Shown: piece after piece, positions 1 through 14,400 of the stretch
Position numbering within the stretch: the stretch's first letter is position 1
Layout: the number at the start of each line of letters is the position of its first letter
Assembly: GCF_037042905.1 (NCBI RefSeq)
Contig: NC_087251.1
Location: 13,208,001 to 13,272,000, forward strand
Reading direction: 5' to 3'
Origin: Lytechinus pictus
Taxonomy: Eukaryota
Length of the DNA stretch: 64,000 nt
The notes under the pieces: generated by a model
Seen by the model: the letters and a program-made list of their open reading frames with translations, nothing else
Told to the model about the DNA's origin: nothing
Database searches by the model: none
Made by a program: the position numbers and the translations under genes

Positions 1-2457
1 TATACATATATACAAATAAAATATTTCATACTAAATGGCCACAAAACCATTCAGTTGCTGATAATTATGAATTCACTCTTAATTGAACATGTACAGACTA
101 ATATAATATCGCAATACTGTGCAAGATTAACTACAAAACAGTCTGCATAGGTCCACCTTCTATAAGGTGAATGGTTGATCAAGTCACAGTATTTTTCAAA
201 CCAGAATATGCAAAATGTGGTGGAGCATCAGGTGCTGAAGTAAACATGTTGGACTTATTTTGATTTTCAAAAAGCTATTTGATGAAAACTATTGCAAGCA
301 TCATCCATAGGAAAGTAGGGGTTGTTCAGGGAGCATTCAGAACAAAACAAATAAAGTTGAAAACAATTCACCCTATTTATTAATACAAAATTATGATTCT
401 GAAACTTAAAATTGCCCCAAAGTCTATTCAAACAACCAATTGGAATTATATTCAAACAACAAATGAATTGAGAAAAGTGAAGATTGAATACATTTCAATG
501 ACAATAATAAACTAACCCTTTAATTTTGTGGTTAAAAGAAATTATGATTTAAATTTCAGAAAACTGACCAACAGCCCATCAAGAATAAGATTGCACAAAT
601 TGAATTTAGCTTGAGTACGACTGTGATATGATGAGATTGGACTAAGGCAGATTGACATGTATAACTCACCAAACCCCAATGAGAGAATAGCAATTAAAGG
701 GGTACTTGGGGCTGAAATAATTCTATCTAAATAAATAGAGTAATATTCATTAAGCGAAATGCTGAAAATTTCATCAAAATCTGACAACAAATAACAAAGT
801 TGTTGAATTTTGTGAAAACAGTTATATGCATGTCATCATGAATATTCATTAGCTGGGCTGATGTCACATCCCCACTTTCCTTTATATTGTGTCATTACAT
901 GAAATCATAATTATTTCATATTTTCATACATGTGTATGTTATATCTCCCGTTTAATAAAATAAGTTGCAGCAATGAATATTGAATGCAGTTTAATCGCTT
1001 GTCACTCTTTGAGTTTGTGTTTAGTTATTGGAGGGAAAATTTGAAGGAACATAATTTCATGTAATAAAATACAGAAGAACAAGTGGGGATATGACATCAG
1101 TTTGCTCACTGAATATTCATGAGGACATGCATAGAACTGTTTCACCAAAATGATGCAAATTGTCTGATATTTCTTTTTCTGCAATTAAGGGATCCATAAA
1201 ATTAGGTGATATTGGGACTAGTACAAAATGTAATTCAGAATGAAAACAAGTAGGAAATAGACCCTGTAGAAAAAATTGAAATTTTTCATTAGTCTGGGCT
1301 ATTCAATTTTTCAAATATTACACTCAGTTGCTGACAGGCAAGATACATACTTTACTTTGTAAACTATGTGTACATCTAAATGTACAACTATAGAAAAGTT
1401 CCAAGTATATCCAATTGTGGGTTATGTTTTTTTCATGTTATGATTGGTGTATGCTATTTTATTGTAACTTTTTTTCAGCCTTAGGGCCACAATCAATTGC
1501 TTACATAAAATAGCCATATTTTATTCTATTTCATTGGTAGTTTCTAAACTGACACACATAAAATTTTTAGAGACCCTACGACAACTGAATCACTGCCACA
1601 CCCTAATTTAATCTTTCACATATTGTTTTAAATGTTAAATAAAAGCCAAAGAAAGATCTTTAACAAAGATAATTTTGTGGTGGAACCATAGAAAATTATC
1701 TGACTTGGGGATTGTCATGCGTTCACAATTTTTTTGGCACATTGAAGTTCATTATAATAAGCTGCTAATTTCAGCCTCTTCTTATATAATTGGAAAATTA
1801 TTATTCTTCGCTGAATTGGCAATTGACTGATGAGATTCAATGAAATATGCTGTATGTTTCAATCATTCAATCATCAGGTAGCCATTATCACAAATTTCCT
1901 TCCGTTTTAGTCATTTTTTTTCATGACATTCAAGGATTCAAGCAGACAGGTTTGGTGCGTTCAAGCAAAACCACAAATATGAATCTTATCCAAATAGCAT
2001 TCAAGCTCTTTTCTTATCAACCCTGATCATCCTTCATTTAAACAAAAGCAACTGCGCAGTCGGTGATAAAGGAATCATCTCTCAACCTAGAGTGTTATGC
2101 CACAACAATGACGGGAAGTTGTAATTGATATCCCCAATGTCTTAAAGAGATTTTTAGCAAATGCCACTCTGAAGAATCAGGTCATGGAACACACCTTTTT
2201 CAGTGTTTCATGTTTGTGTTTTAAAAGACATTTTGTTTTTGAAGTCAGACAAAAGAATGATGGAACACACCCATGTCAAAAACTGAAAATCTTCGGCGAT
2301 CCTAGAGTGATATATGATTGCTTGAATGAACATTCAACTGTTGTCTCCATCCATAGAACTTGAAAGATCACTATATAATTGTCCAATTTACAGAATGAAA
2401 TTCATCCATATATTATAATGATTTCTATATTCTTCAAGGTTGGTTGCCATCCAGTCT

Positions 2458-5400
2458 TTACAAATTGTGTTTCATAAACTGCTGCAGGGCACTAAGTCTT
2501 GCATCAATCTCAGACATCTCATTGGTATCATTGTACAGGGTTGCACTCCGATCTGCAGTATCAACAACATTTTAAAAACAATCACTTTGACCCTAAGTCA
2601 CAATAGAAGTTTAAAGTAAATCCTACCTTTCATTAAGCATGTGTGCATACCAGGGGCCTGTTTCATAAAAGACTTGTTATAACAAATGTGTAGTTTTTAT
2701 AACAACCATCAAATTGAATGATTTCAGTAGCTTTAAACTGTTATTGCAAATTTGCCATAAAGTTTTATGAAACGGTCCTCTGAATATGATCCAATCATGA
2801 GATGGCTGTAGGTGTAAACTTGGCCATGTAGTGCACTTATCTGACTTTATTTTAATGTAATTATAAAAAATAAGGAGCAGGAGGGTGTTTCACAAAGATT
2901 TAAGTGCAACTTAGAGTCAGACTTAAATGCCTAGTTGCATGTGTTATAAAAAGCATGACGCATTGGTCAGATCATGCCAAGAGGACGCGCACTACTGCCT
3001 ATCAATCAATAAGATTGTGCTTTGCATATCACATACACGTCGGCATTAAGTGCAACTCTAAGTCATACTTAAATCTTTGTGAAACATCCCCCAGGTTTTG
3101 TAAATATGACTTAAACTCTTTTAAATTTCTATTTGCATGAGGGTATTGTATATGTTAACACATAACCACATTGTTAAATCATATGTATTATTGCATACAC
3201 ACAATGGGCATTAAATAACAAGGGTATAATAATGCATTTAGCATGATTCTGCAGCCCCAGCGTATGCCAAGATGTCTCAATTAACACTTAAAATTATACT
3301 TTTCCTAAATCAAATACATTTATTAAGTCCAAGAGATTTGACATATGCAATTCATCTCTATTATGTTACATTTTAGAACAGTATTTTATCAAATTTGATT
3401 GGATAAAGATCACAAAGGAAAGGGATGGCTGCGAAACTCTGTAATCATGACTGTCCAAGCAAATTCAAAAGGGAAGGTGCCTGTTAAGGTGTTGTTTTCT
3501 AGTAGTCTTCCTTACCTTGGCCATTGTATTCAGTAAGCGGTCTGCTCCTAGTCTTGCCACCAGCCCCTCTCCTTGATGGATAGTCAGGATCAGGTGTACT
3601 CATTAACGTGAGGAAGAAAGTTAAGGAAATATCAAAGTGGTAAGGTTACCGTGGGAAAATGAAACCCAAGCCAGGGATGAAAATTAAAACCGTATCACTG
3701 AAACTGAATAACTTGTTTCAATGTATATATTGGTTTTAAGAGACCACACACATTGTAACATATCCAAACATGGAATGCTTCATTTCAATGTTCCAAAACA
3801 ATATAAGAGAACAACTCACTGATTCAGTGATTTAAGCACTAATAATATATTGAAGAAGTCAATAGTTAAAGCAGAACTTGATGTAGACAGACCAAGTAAA
3901 TATTCAATAATCCCTTAAATGACCATGTAATAAAATTTACTCAAAAAGGTATCAGTAGGTTTATATGATAAGGATATCTTTTGGGAGCAGCTCCAGTTTT
4001 CCTTCTGAATGGCTGAAAGGAAGAAGGAAAAAAAAGCAATTTATAATTTACATTATGAGCATATTCATTGGAGCATTCATTTAGGATGTAACACAAAGGG
4101 ATACAATTGATATTTTACAATTAATTTTGTAATTTTTGGACATGGTCTGCCATATCTTTACTCTCATCATTTATTTTAAATTGATTGTATTTGTTACTTC
4201 ATGTGCTACAAGGCCATGTTCTCAAGGTTATTTAATTTCTAATCATATGGTTTGGTATGACCATCATAAATTTGATATTAATGATATGCTTTTTGATAAG
4301 AAACATGTAAGACTGGATCATATATATCATTCACTCTGCATTCAATCATTCCAAAAGAACTATTAGCTTTTTTTTTTAGAGGCTCATCATAAAGGGTTGT
4401 GATTGATACAATTCAAATTCAAATTAAGGTTTATATGACTTAAATTGATAAATGGCAAAATTAAAACTCTATTTTAATTTGACTTTTATTTTTAATCAGC
4501 CACAACTCTTTGTAAAAATGAAGCCCAGATTAATCACATATACAGGATCAAAACGTTAACATTTGATAATCTGCAAGTCATACTGAGGGCAACACAGTTT
4601 TATAAACGAGACTGTTTTATTATAATAAATTACAATGCTATTCATTTATCTAGAGATTTAAAACCAGAGATGGCTTACCACATTTGGACTTGACCATGCT
4701 TTAGATGAAGAAGTCTTGCCTGGCTGCAGCACTTCTCGTAACCTCCTGTTTAAATGAGTAATACAAATGAAGATTCATTTATCTAATGACTAATCTTCAA
4801 TCGCTTTTCACTGAAGGACTGATATACCTCTGAGCTCATTCTGTGAATGTGTTGGCAAGTCATTTCATTAAAATTTGGGGTCCATTTCATATAGGACTTA
4901 CAACTATTGTAATTTTGTCATTGTGCCAACTAACATGGTAACGGGGCTCAGCAGCCAATCAGAATCAAGGTTTCCATAGTAGTTGTCATAATGGCAAAGT
5001 TACCATAGTTGAAACAGGCCACTGGTCTTAGTCCAGGGTTAGCTTTATAAAAACTATGAGAATACATGTACCAAACAATATCATTCTTACTTTTTTCCAT
5101 TACATATTTCAACTTCTCCATAGTTACCTACATATTATTTCTTGCATATTAGACATGTCTGTGTCCATCTCTTTGCAGATTTCTCCTACATATAAAATGC
5201 ATGGAACATTGTTTACATGGTCAAAAAGGGCACCTCAATATAAATGGCAACCCCAATTTTCAAAATAATATTTTTCTAGATTGATTAAAACAAAAGTCCT
5301 GTAGTCATATGAGCGATAGATGAAAGACAATTACCTTCTTCTTCCTTCTGAGGCATCAGATAGCACCTCCACATCACTGACTCCACCCCCAGATGATCTT

Positions 5401-8400
5401 CTGCTTCCAGCTGATGAGCTCCTTGAACGAAACCCTAAGATACAAAGATTCAATATGAACCATTCATTGCAAAGATCTTATTCAGAATCCAGCAAGAATC
5501 AGAATTACCTAAAAGAACCCTGGCAATTTTTGTAATCAATTTGTAAGGTTACAGTTAGGAGCTAAATTTTTTCATGATTTTTCTATTCAAGTCCAATGTT
5601 TGAGACCAAATGTGCAATGCCTAAGTATGTGGTTCTGAAATTATGCAACATCATGTAAATGCCTGTCTGAGTGTCAGACTCCAAATTGCTATAAAAAAAA
5701 GAAGATGATTCCATGTACAAATCCAATAAATTTCTGTTTTTAGACGAAATTCATAACTTACATCATTATTTCTACTTCTACTTAGTAAAACAAATTAATT
5801 TCAAGTTCAATCGCTGATGTGGTTTACGGTGCACCATGTGGAGTGTTATAGAAACAGTGGATAGAAGAAGAAAAGGAATTGGATAGGCGAGAAAGTGGAG
5901 ATTTGAGAGTAGAGTATTCTTTTCTTAAATGTAGTCCTGAAAAGAACTGTAAACCAGAAGAGATTGATGAGTTGAAAACAGCTTGAGTAGTAGGGTTGAT
6001 GAGGAGATGCTGGCTTGAGTCGGCGAGTAGAGATGATGAGTAGAAGCAGTAGAGAGACTCGACGTTTCGGGCAGGTTGACTGTCCGTCTTCAGGAGTGAG
6101 TGTTCGCTCATCAACCCTACTACTCAAGCTGTTTTCAACTCATCAATCTCTTCTGGTTTACAGTCCTTTTCAGGTCTACATTCAAGAAAAGAATACTCTA
6201 CTCTCAAATCTCCACTTTCTCACCTATCCAATTCCTTTTCTTCTTCTATCCACATCAGCGATTGTACATGCCACCATGCAAACCTTCAAACAACATCTAA
6301 TTTCAAGTTCTTTATGATCAGAAAAGTGTCACTGACAATTTACTTTAAAAAACCCTAAAAAGATACAAAAGGTAAAATAAAGGCAAACAAAGAGTTACAA
6401 AAATACATTAAAAATTTTGGGAAAAAAATACATAAGAGGACATTCTAATACTAACTATTTCAATATATGCATTTTGTATAATTCAATTATAAAAAAAAAT
6501 TACATTGTCTTAGATGATTATTCGACCAAGGGAATGTCGACTTAACTGTACTATCCTAATCACTGTCACAATGGGTACATTAAACATTGAATATGTAATG
6601 AATCTTACCTCTGTACCCATCAGAGAGCCGTTTCCTGGTTCTACACCTCTCCCCTGATAACCTTGATTTGCCACTAGACCGCACTGCACTGTTCTGTAAC
6701 CTGGCACTGGTTAAACACAAACAACACCACATATCAAAAATGAAAAAAAAATCATCAAACTGTACTAACCATCAAGAATATATTTTGATTAATTACTGGG
6801 TCTTAAATGTAATCATTGCACTTGTGTTTCAATATTGTTTCTTTATAAATCCTATAGGTTAACTCATCAATGAATAGAAATGAAAAGTAATTTACATATA
6901 AATTCATGGAATGATTCAACTGGAGAAAAGGATTTAAAAAATCATTACATTTATTTTTTGTGTGCTTCTTTGATGACTTGGAATTGGACTCTGATCTAAG
7001 TTTTTATTACTCCATTTCTCATACTTTTTCTCAAAACAAACATGGACTTTCCTTTGAATATTCATATACCAACCTTTTCAATTTGGATTCTTCCTCTCTA
7101 CGTTTCTTCTCTAGAATGTAAGCTGTAGGGTCAAATCTGGGACCTCTGGCACCTGATGAAAAGACAAGACCATACTCTGTTAGAGGGATGATATTCAATT
7201 TTTTTTCAGATGAAATGAAAATGACTAGATCATGATTACAAGTGACATTAATTTTAGCAAAAAACAGCAGGATTATTGGACTACATTATGTATTCCCTGA
7301 AAGAAATGAAAAGCTGTAAGGATCAATATTTTCCCCTCTTTCCTTATTTTAAAATTTTTCAATAAACATTATCACTGGTCAGAGTAACTATATTGAAACA
7401 GTGATTAATCTCCTTTCAAGTGATAAATGATTTAACCATAAATTTAATCTACTCAGTATTAACAATAGGTTGATAATCAGAAACTTATTAACAAACCTGC
7501 AGGTGAGATGCTTCGACTCCTACTCCCCACCGATGATACACTTGACCTTCGACCCCTTGAAAGTGATCTCTCTCTACTGCTTGTGTCTATTCTTGATCGA
7601 GGCCTAGATCTCGCTATGTCAGCTGATGGTGGTCTCCTAGCAACAGGTCTTGACTGACGTTGGGATAATGGGGTGGGTACCATTGGAGAACGGCTACTCC
7701 GCCTCGATGGACTGAGTTGGTTGGGAAGGAAATAAAGAGAAATAAAGATCATAGATTTGATATCAATTGTGCATAACTTCACTGAGTCTAATGTAGGATG
7801 TGTTTCTTCTTTTCATAGAACCCAAAATCAAGAAATAGGAAGGCAAACACAAAAGTAGAAACAAAACCTGCAGAAGCAACAGCAAAATACAAGCAATGTC
7901 TACTGGTCAAGAGAAGGGACCGAGTGAGCTAGACTACCCTGTTCAGATAGATGAATTGCGTACAAAAATTACTCAAGCTCAAAGATAGAATGTGTTCTAT
8001 GAAAGACAGAGGAATTTTGTCTGTCAAAATGTTATGGAGAATGTCAGACAAGTCATTTTACTGCCTAAGCAAAACAGTGCCCAAATGAAAGTAAAGGTCA
8101 GAGTCTTTAAGTTTTTTCTTTATGAACACACTCTGCATCGGGTCAAAGTTGATTAGGCACACTTTTTGTCAAAGAAAAACAGTGTGTTATGCTCACATGA
8201 CCAGAGAAGGAGTCATACTCCATTCAACAAATCAAAGGGACTGTTCACAAACAAAATTTTTTACAAGTACTCATCTATCCAAGAACCATCCCAGACTGGA
8301 ACTCCCTCACACCCTCAACCATTGAAATCAAGAGCACCAAAACCTTCAAGCAAACAGTACTTCAAACATTTACAAAGTAAAAACTAAAAACTGCCTTCTC

Positions 8401-11400
8401 TCTCCATGCCAACAACATCGGCGTACAACCTACCAAGTTGGTTCCTACTTAGAGGTGTTGGGCAGTACACCCAGAGAAGAAGAAAGTTATTTCATGATGC
8501 TACATTTCATTATACCCCCATTCCACAGAGAGCAAGACCTCTGAAAGACTGCTGTGAGACCATGAAACTTGCTTGATCTTTCAAGGGTCCTTCAACGAAC
8601 TTTGAAAGATCTTAGAGGTCTTTCACATTTCCTGATGGATCTTTCAATGGTCTCCGTGGTCCTCGTGAGTCCCAAAACTTTTTGAAACGGTTCAAAACAG
8701 TCTTAAAGGCCCCCATTTCACAGAACGGAGACCGTTGAAAGACCACTGAAAGACTTAAAATTGATGAGGTCTTACAGCGGTCTTCAAGATCACTGAAATT
8801 AGTCATCTCTGTGGAATGGCTCAGAAAATCCCCTCAAAGAACTCTGAAAGACTGATGGATATTTCTTGTCTTACTGGTCTTAGACTAGTCCTATAGAGAT
8901 CTTTCAATGGTCTTTCAGAGATCTTTTATGCAACAAGTGATCTTTCAGAATTCTTTCCATGGACTTTGCTTGGTCTTTCAATGGTCTTGCTCTCTGTGGA
9001 ATGGCCCCTTAAGCGGTCTTTTAAGAAAATGGTCTTTCAGCAGTCTTTTGATGAAGTTTCAAAGTTCTTATAAGTCTTTCCATGATCTTTCGATAGTGTC
9101 TCAAGATTTTTATGGAGATCACTGTAAGACTCATGAGAGATCATTGAAAGATCTGTGAAAGATCATTGAAAGACGAGGAAAACTCCATGTAGTACCACTC
9201 AACAGCAATACCTTGCTTCAGACTCGATTGCTACAATTTGCATAGAGTCATTTAAAAAATCCCAATTTCTGAAGGTGTACATACTATTTTAAAACAGAAT
9301 TTAACTTAGGTTCTCTATTTCAAACAAAGACGAATGCAAATCTTCCAAACACATAAGTGCTGAAGAAAATTCTGAGCACCAGGCAAAGTTTGACACTCGA
9401 ATGAAAAAAATTGAGCATAAGAGGAAAAGGACGCTGATCAGCAAAGATCTGCTGTTGATCCCTCTTTTAATCTTCAGCAAGAGCTGTTTTGTCCATGGAT
9501 CAGCAAGCACATCAATCCTAAATTACAAGTGCAAGCTATCCAAATACAACTTTACTTTGAACAAACAAGGTAGCAAGGAAAGACATTATTATATGATTGT
9601 TGGATGAGGTAAATGGAACAAGAGGTTCATACAAAATGGGCTCCTGCCTGATCCATCACCTTTAACAGCTTCCTGAAAGTGTGGCACATGTGACTCAGTT
9701 CAGTGACTGATGCATAGATCATAACTGCCGAATCCCAGCAAGCAACATTTTGAAATCCGTTTTGAGGAGGCTTCCAAACGTCATAAACGTGATTATCTTG
9801 CAAACTCTTTTCAGGTGTGTGCAACTGCTAAGGCCCTTCTACTGGAGAAGCAACAATATCACTTCTGATATCATTAGCTTATTGACTGCTCTATTATTCT
9901 TATTGACCCAATTTACTAGTGAGCTGAAGTTTCCTAATAGATGGAATCCTGTTTTGTATAAGATAAATGCCACTTGTGGTACTGATCTATAAATAAGTTT
10001 GAATAGAATCCAATTGAATGACCACCCAAGTGCATGTAGGTATGATAAAAAAATAAATGTGCCAAAGATTCTGGTAGAAAATGTGTATTTACTGAGAAAT
10101 TAGCCAAAAGGCATGGGTTCGGGTGATCTTTTCTTACAAAAATAGTTTGCATAAATCTACTAATTTGAGATCTGCAATGAATTTAAAGTCATTATCATAA
10201 AGTTATTGCTTGTCGTAACTTTTTGTAGTTACGGATAACCATCATCATCTACATCACCATAATTCATATTTGGGAGTATTACTTACTTTCTTTTCAAGAT
10301 GCTTAGCTCATTTGTAAGACTTTTGACTCGCACTTTTAGATTACGCTCACTGGCTCTCAGTTCTTCAACCTGTAAATAATTATGGTTAAGAGTAACATCT
10401 TCATAATGTATTTCTGAATCAAGAAATCACATGATATGATCAATCAGTTAATTCATTTAAGTATTTATAAACCTACATATATCTAACATACAGGGATTAT
10501 GAATCAATCAATCATTTCAAAGGTTTTTAATCCTCAAGGCTGTCATCACTAAAAAGTAGTCATTCCCAGATACCCAAGTAACAGTGCTTCTCAGCCAATC
10601 AAATGCAAGGATTTATTGAAGTTGTCATGTATACCAAACTTCATGAACTGGTACCCCAAGGTGTATTATCAACTAAAATCAATTTTTGAAATCAATATTT
10701 AAGTTTTTCACCCCTTGGATGAATTGAGCCATGTTTAAAATAAATGGAGAAAACATTTACATACAAAACATGGACTTGGCAATGTTTATTGAATGAAATC
10801 AATTCTAAAATTGATTTATAGATTGAGTGCATTCCTCTGAGAATCATGGCCTCTCTCTGAACACTGTAAGAAGCTACTGAAATTCTTGTGCATGCTGCGA
10901 TTGGCTATGAGAAAAGATATTCCCCCAAAGAACCCACCTCCTCAAGCAGCTCCCTGTAATTCTGACTTCTCTTACTGGACGACCTCTGGTATTTCCTTCT
11001 CTCATTCACCAAATCTTCCTCTAGATTCTGGATAGCAGTTTTGAGAATGCGGACCTCTTTGGCTGCACTACCTGTCGATGTGTTCTTCACTTCTCTCCGG
11101 TATCGCAGGAAAGCATCCTCTATTTCTTGCTTCTCTAATAGGAGATTCTCATAGCTAACAAAAGGAACAGAAAGCAATTAAAAGATATCTTAAGGTGTTC
11201 TATATTAAATCATACATGCAAAATATTATATCATATCATATCATGAATATCTTATGTACTATAAACTGATGAAAAAGGGGGGTGGAAGAGTATTCAAACA
11301 AAAAATTAAGCCATTTATAGCTGTATCTAGTGATCATGAGCAAAGTCCGATTTCATATATAGCTTAGCATAACTAGAATGATTAAGGAAATGACAATGTC

Positions 11401-14400
11401 TGGGGGATATCCTTGATACAATTTCGAAAATAAAATCACAGTTAATATGTGTACAGATTTACATTGCAATTGACAACCAAGATTTTATTTCCCCTTGCTA
11501 TACAATTTCAGAACAGCTTAGGATATTCAGAATTATCACAAATATTGGGTGTAAACAGATCGATTACTCTGAAATAAAAAAGAAAATTGATAAAATGCTA
11601 CTTACTCTTTGGTGAGCTTAACAAGTTCTGAAGATTTGGGATCTGAAGTAAGCTGAGAATTGAACGGAATGTAGACAGAAATTAACATTAAAAAATTATA
11701 TATATCTCATTAAAAACTGCAACTCAGAATTGATTAATCATTCAATAATTTGCAGCAAAAATTTATTTTTATCCATTGTTGTTAGTTTTAGGTTTATATT
11801 TTCATAAGGTATTCATTTATCTCCGCATTGGACATTCAATCATAAAATCAAGACACTGACTCTTTACAAATAACATTGCTGAATCTATACAGAAATGAAA
11901 ATATAAATCGTCCAAGGTATCTTCACTCAAGTATGATTGAATAGGTTATAGTTGTTATATGACTGAAGTGGAGAGATCCCATAGTGGGATCCACACCATA
12001 CCAAAATTTTGGGACTTGGATTTAGTCTCGGCTTAATATCAATTCAACTCATTCACTGTATAGCTGGATGATTTGATCATAGCACATACAGTTTGGGAAA
12101 TAATTATTAAACCATTTTCTTAACTCACATACAATATTGTCTAATAATCATTTACCAAGCTGTTTGCAGTTGCATTCAATTCTACTAATCAGCAAACAAA
12201 TAATAAGAGGTCATGGTCATTGTTGCCAGATGAGGCATTTACTAGTATCTACATTTGCCACGCTTCACTCATGTGTAAGTTAATGTGTAACACGTAGAAG
12301 AAAATTTCTTGAATGTTTGAGGGCATGATCAAGCTAAGCTGGGGTAATTATGTAGTGCTTTGAAGTATTTGTATGAAGTGTTATATATATAGTTGTTAAC
12401 TTGTGGTAATCAAACCACTGGTCTGCCATGATAAAAGAACAGACCAAAGAATAAAAGATAAATTCCATAGTTGTTGACGTACCCGTGATTTGAGAAGTTT
12501 TATTTCTTTGCGTAATTCCCTGACAGTATCTTGTAGAGCCACAGGATCAGGTTTACCTTGGTAGGGCAGGGGTAGGGGATAATGGATCCTGAAAGAAACA
12601 AGTAAATATTTCAAATTACATAGTATTGGAGTTCCAAAAAAAAAATCAAAACATGAATTGCATGTAGCAATTGGTTTCAACAAACTTAACCAAAATATAA
12701 ACATGAGTGGAGCTGTGCACTGTACATGTGTGTCATTATTTCATACTGAATTTGGTTGAAGGTCTCAATATGCTATTATTTGTGTTTATGATATGAAATA
12801 AACTTTCAGGAAATCTGATTTGAGTTGCAGGAAATATATATATACCTTGCCCTACAAAATAAATCAATAGTTATGTGATTTAAAACATGTGCGTATTGAC
12901 TTCAGTTACACATGATTTTTTTTAATAATCAAGAATAACATTTAGTTCGCCAGTTTTATGAAATGCCTTCATATCAATTGGGGTTAAGATTGATAATTTT
13001 CCTCAATAAATAGTTGGATCAGAATCCTCAAGATCCAAAGATATTCATCCATACATGGGTATAAAATGTCTGATAACGATAACTTTTAATAGGGAATTGC
13101 AAAGGATGAAAAATTTATGATCTACATGTATCACTCATCTGTAACTCATTTGGTAATTTGCATTCTTACCTGTCAAATTCCACAGTGTAGGTGACAATGA
13201 GATAACGTTTAGTGTTGAGTGCAGACCTCTGAGCCCCTGGGATAGTCCGGGTACCAAGACCAGCTTTGCGGTTACGAAGCGACTCAAGATCAGCATAGGT
13301 CAAAAGATCAAGGCTCACAGAGTCAGAGTTCTGCAGAAATATTAAATATACAAGGTAATGTGTCTGTAAACAGGGGCAATCTACATAGCAGCAAAGAGAA
13401 ATAGTTATAAGTATTCTTTCCAAAAAGACCACTCCAATACTAGTCATTCAATTATTTATCATCATAAGGAAACATTCATGCACTCATTAATAAGAGGGTG
13501 ATTAAGGAGTAACGGTTTATTTTTGAAGAACATGTTTGGTTCCGACTCTCAACTTGTAATCACAGGGTTGTGTGTGTGACCCCTCCATGGGTTAGTGTCC
13601 TTTGGAAAGTCATCTTAATGGGTATCTTTAAAGTCCTAGAGACCCATTCCTGATGAATCAAGTGCTATATGATGTAAAGAGGAATATTATCATTATTAAT
13701 TGGTTTTCACACATTCCCACAATCACTCATAATTCCATATTTCTTGAGAAACTTTGAAAATAAAACCTTCAACACTCACCTGTAACAATGCTGATTCTAA
13801 CATACTCAAGAAGATGGAAAACTGCTTGTAGTTCCCAGTTTTGTGTGTTAAGTCTTCAATATCTGTGTAAAAACCAAAATAAAATATAACCATCACATAA
13901 AGATGACACATGAGTCAACATGATTTCAGTGGCATGTGTAACAATGTTTTAATGAGGAAAAATATCACTGTTTCTTTTGATAAGAAACCTTACAGCCCAT
14001 CCCATTCCCAACTTTAAAACCTTTTGTGTATTTCATCTTATTAAAAGAAAAATGTTACAATTACAAAATTTAACACTTTTTTTTACAGACAAAAGAAGTC
14101 AGAAGACAACAAGTTGATTTCCCAATGACTTTCTCTGATTAATACAGAGTTTTTGCAAATGATAAGAGCACAAAACTAAAATTACTGCCACTGGTAGTGT
14201 TCTCATTGAACGCCCATGAAGGTAGTGATAACTCATCAAACAATCAAGCAAACTTACAAGCTGGTTCAAATGATCCTCTCCATTGGTCTGCAGTCAATCT
14301 ATCCTCTACCTCTACAGTGAGTAGATTATCATCATTCACCCATATGCTGACTATGTAGTCAACTCCCCGGAATGAGAACCGAGAGCTCACTACACCTCTT

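Noticed and set aside
13495..13700. Possible old SINE in CCDC61 intron 2
   Set aside because: It only faintly resembles a tRNA head and L2-like tail and is too degraded to call by eye.
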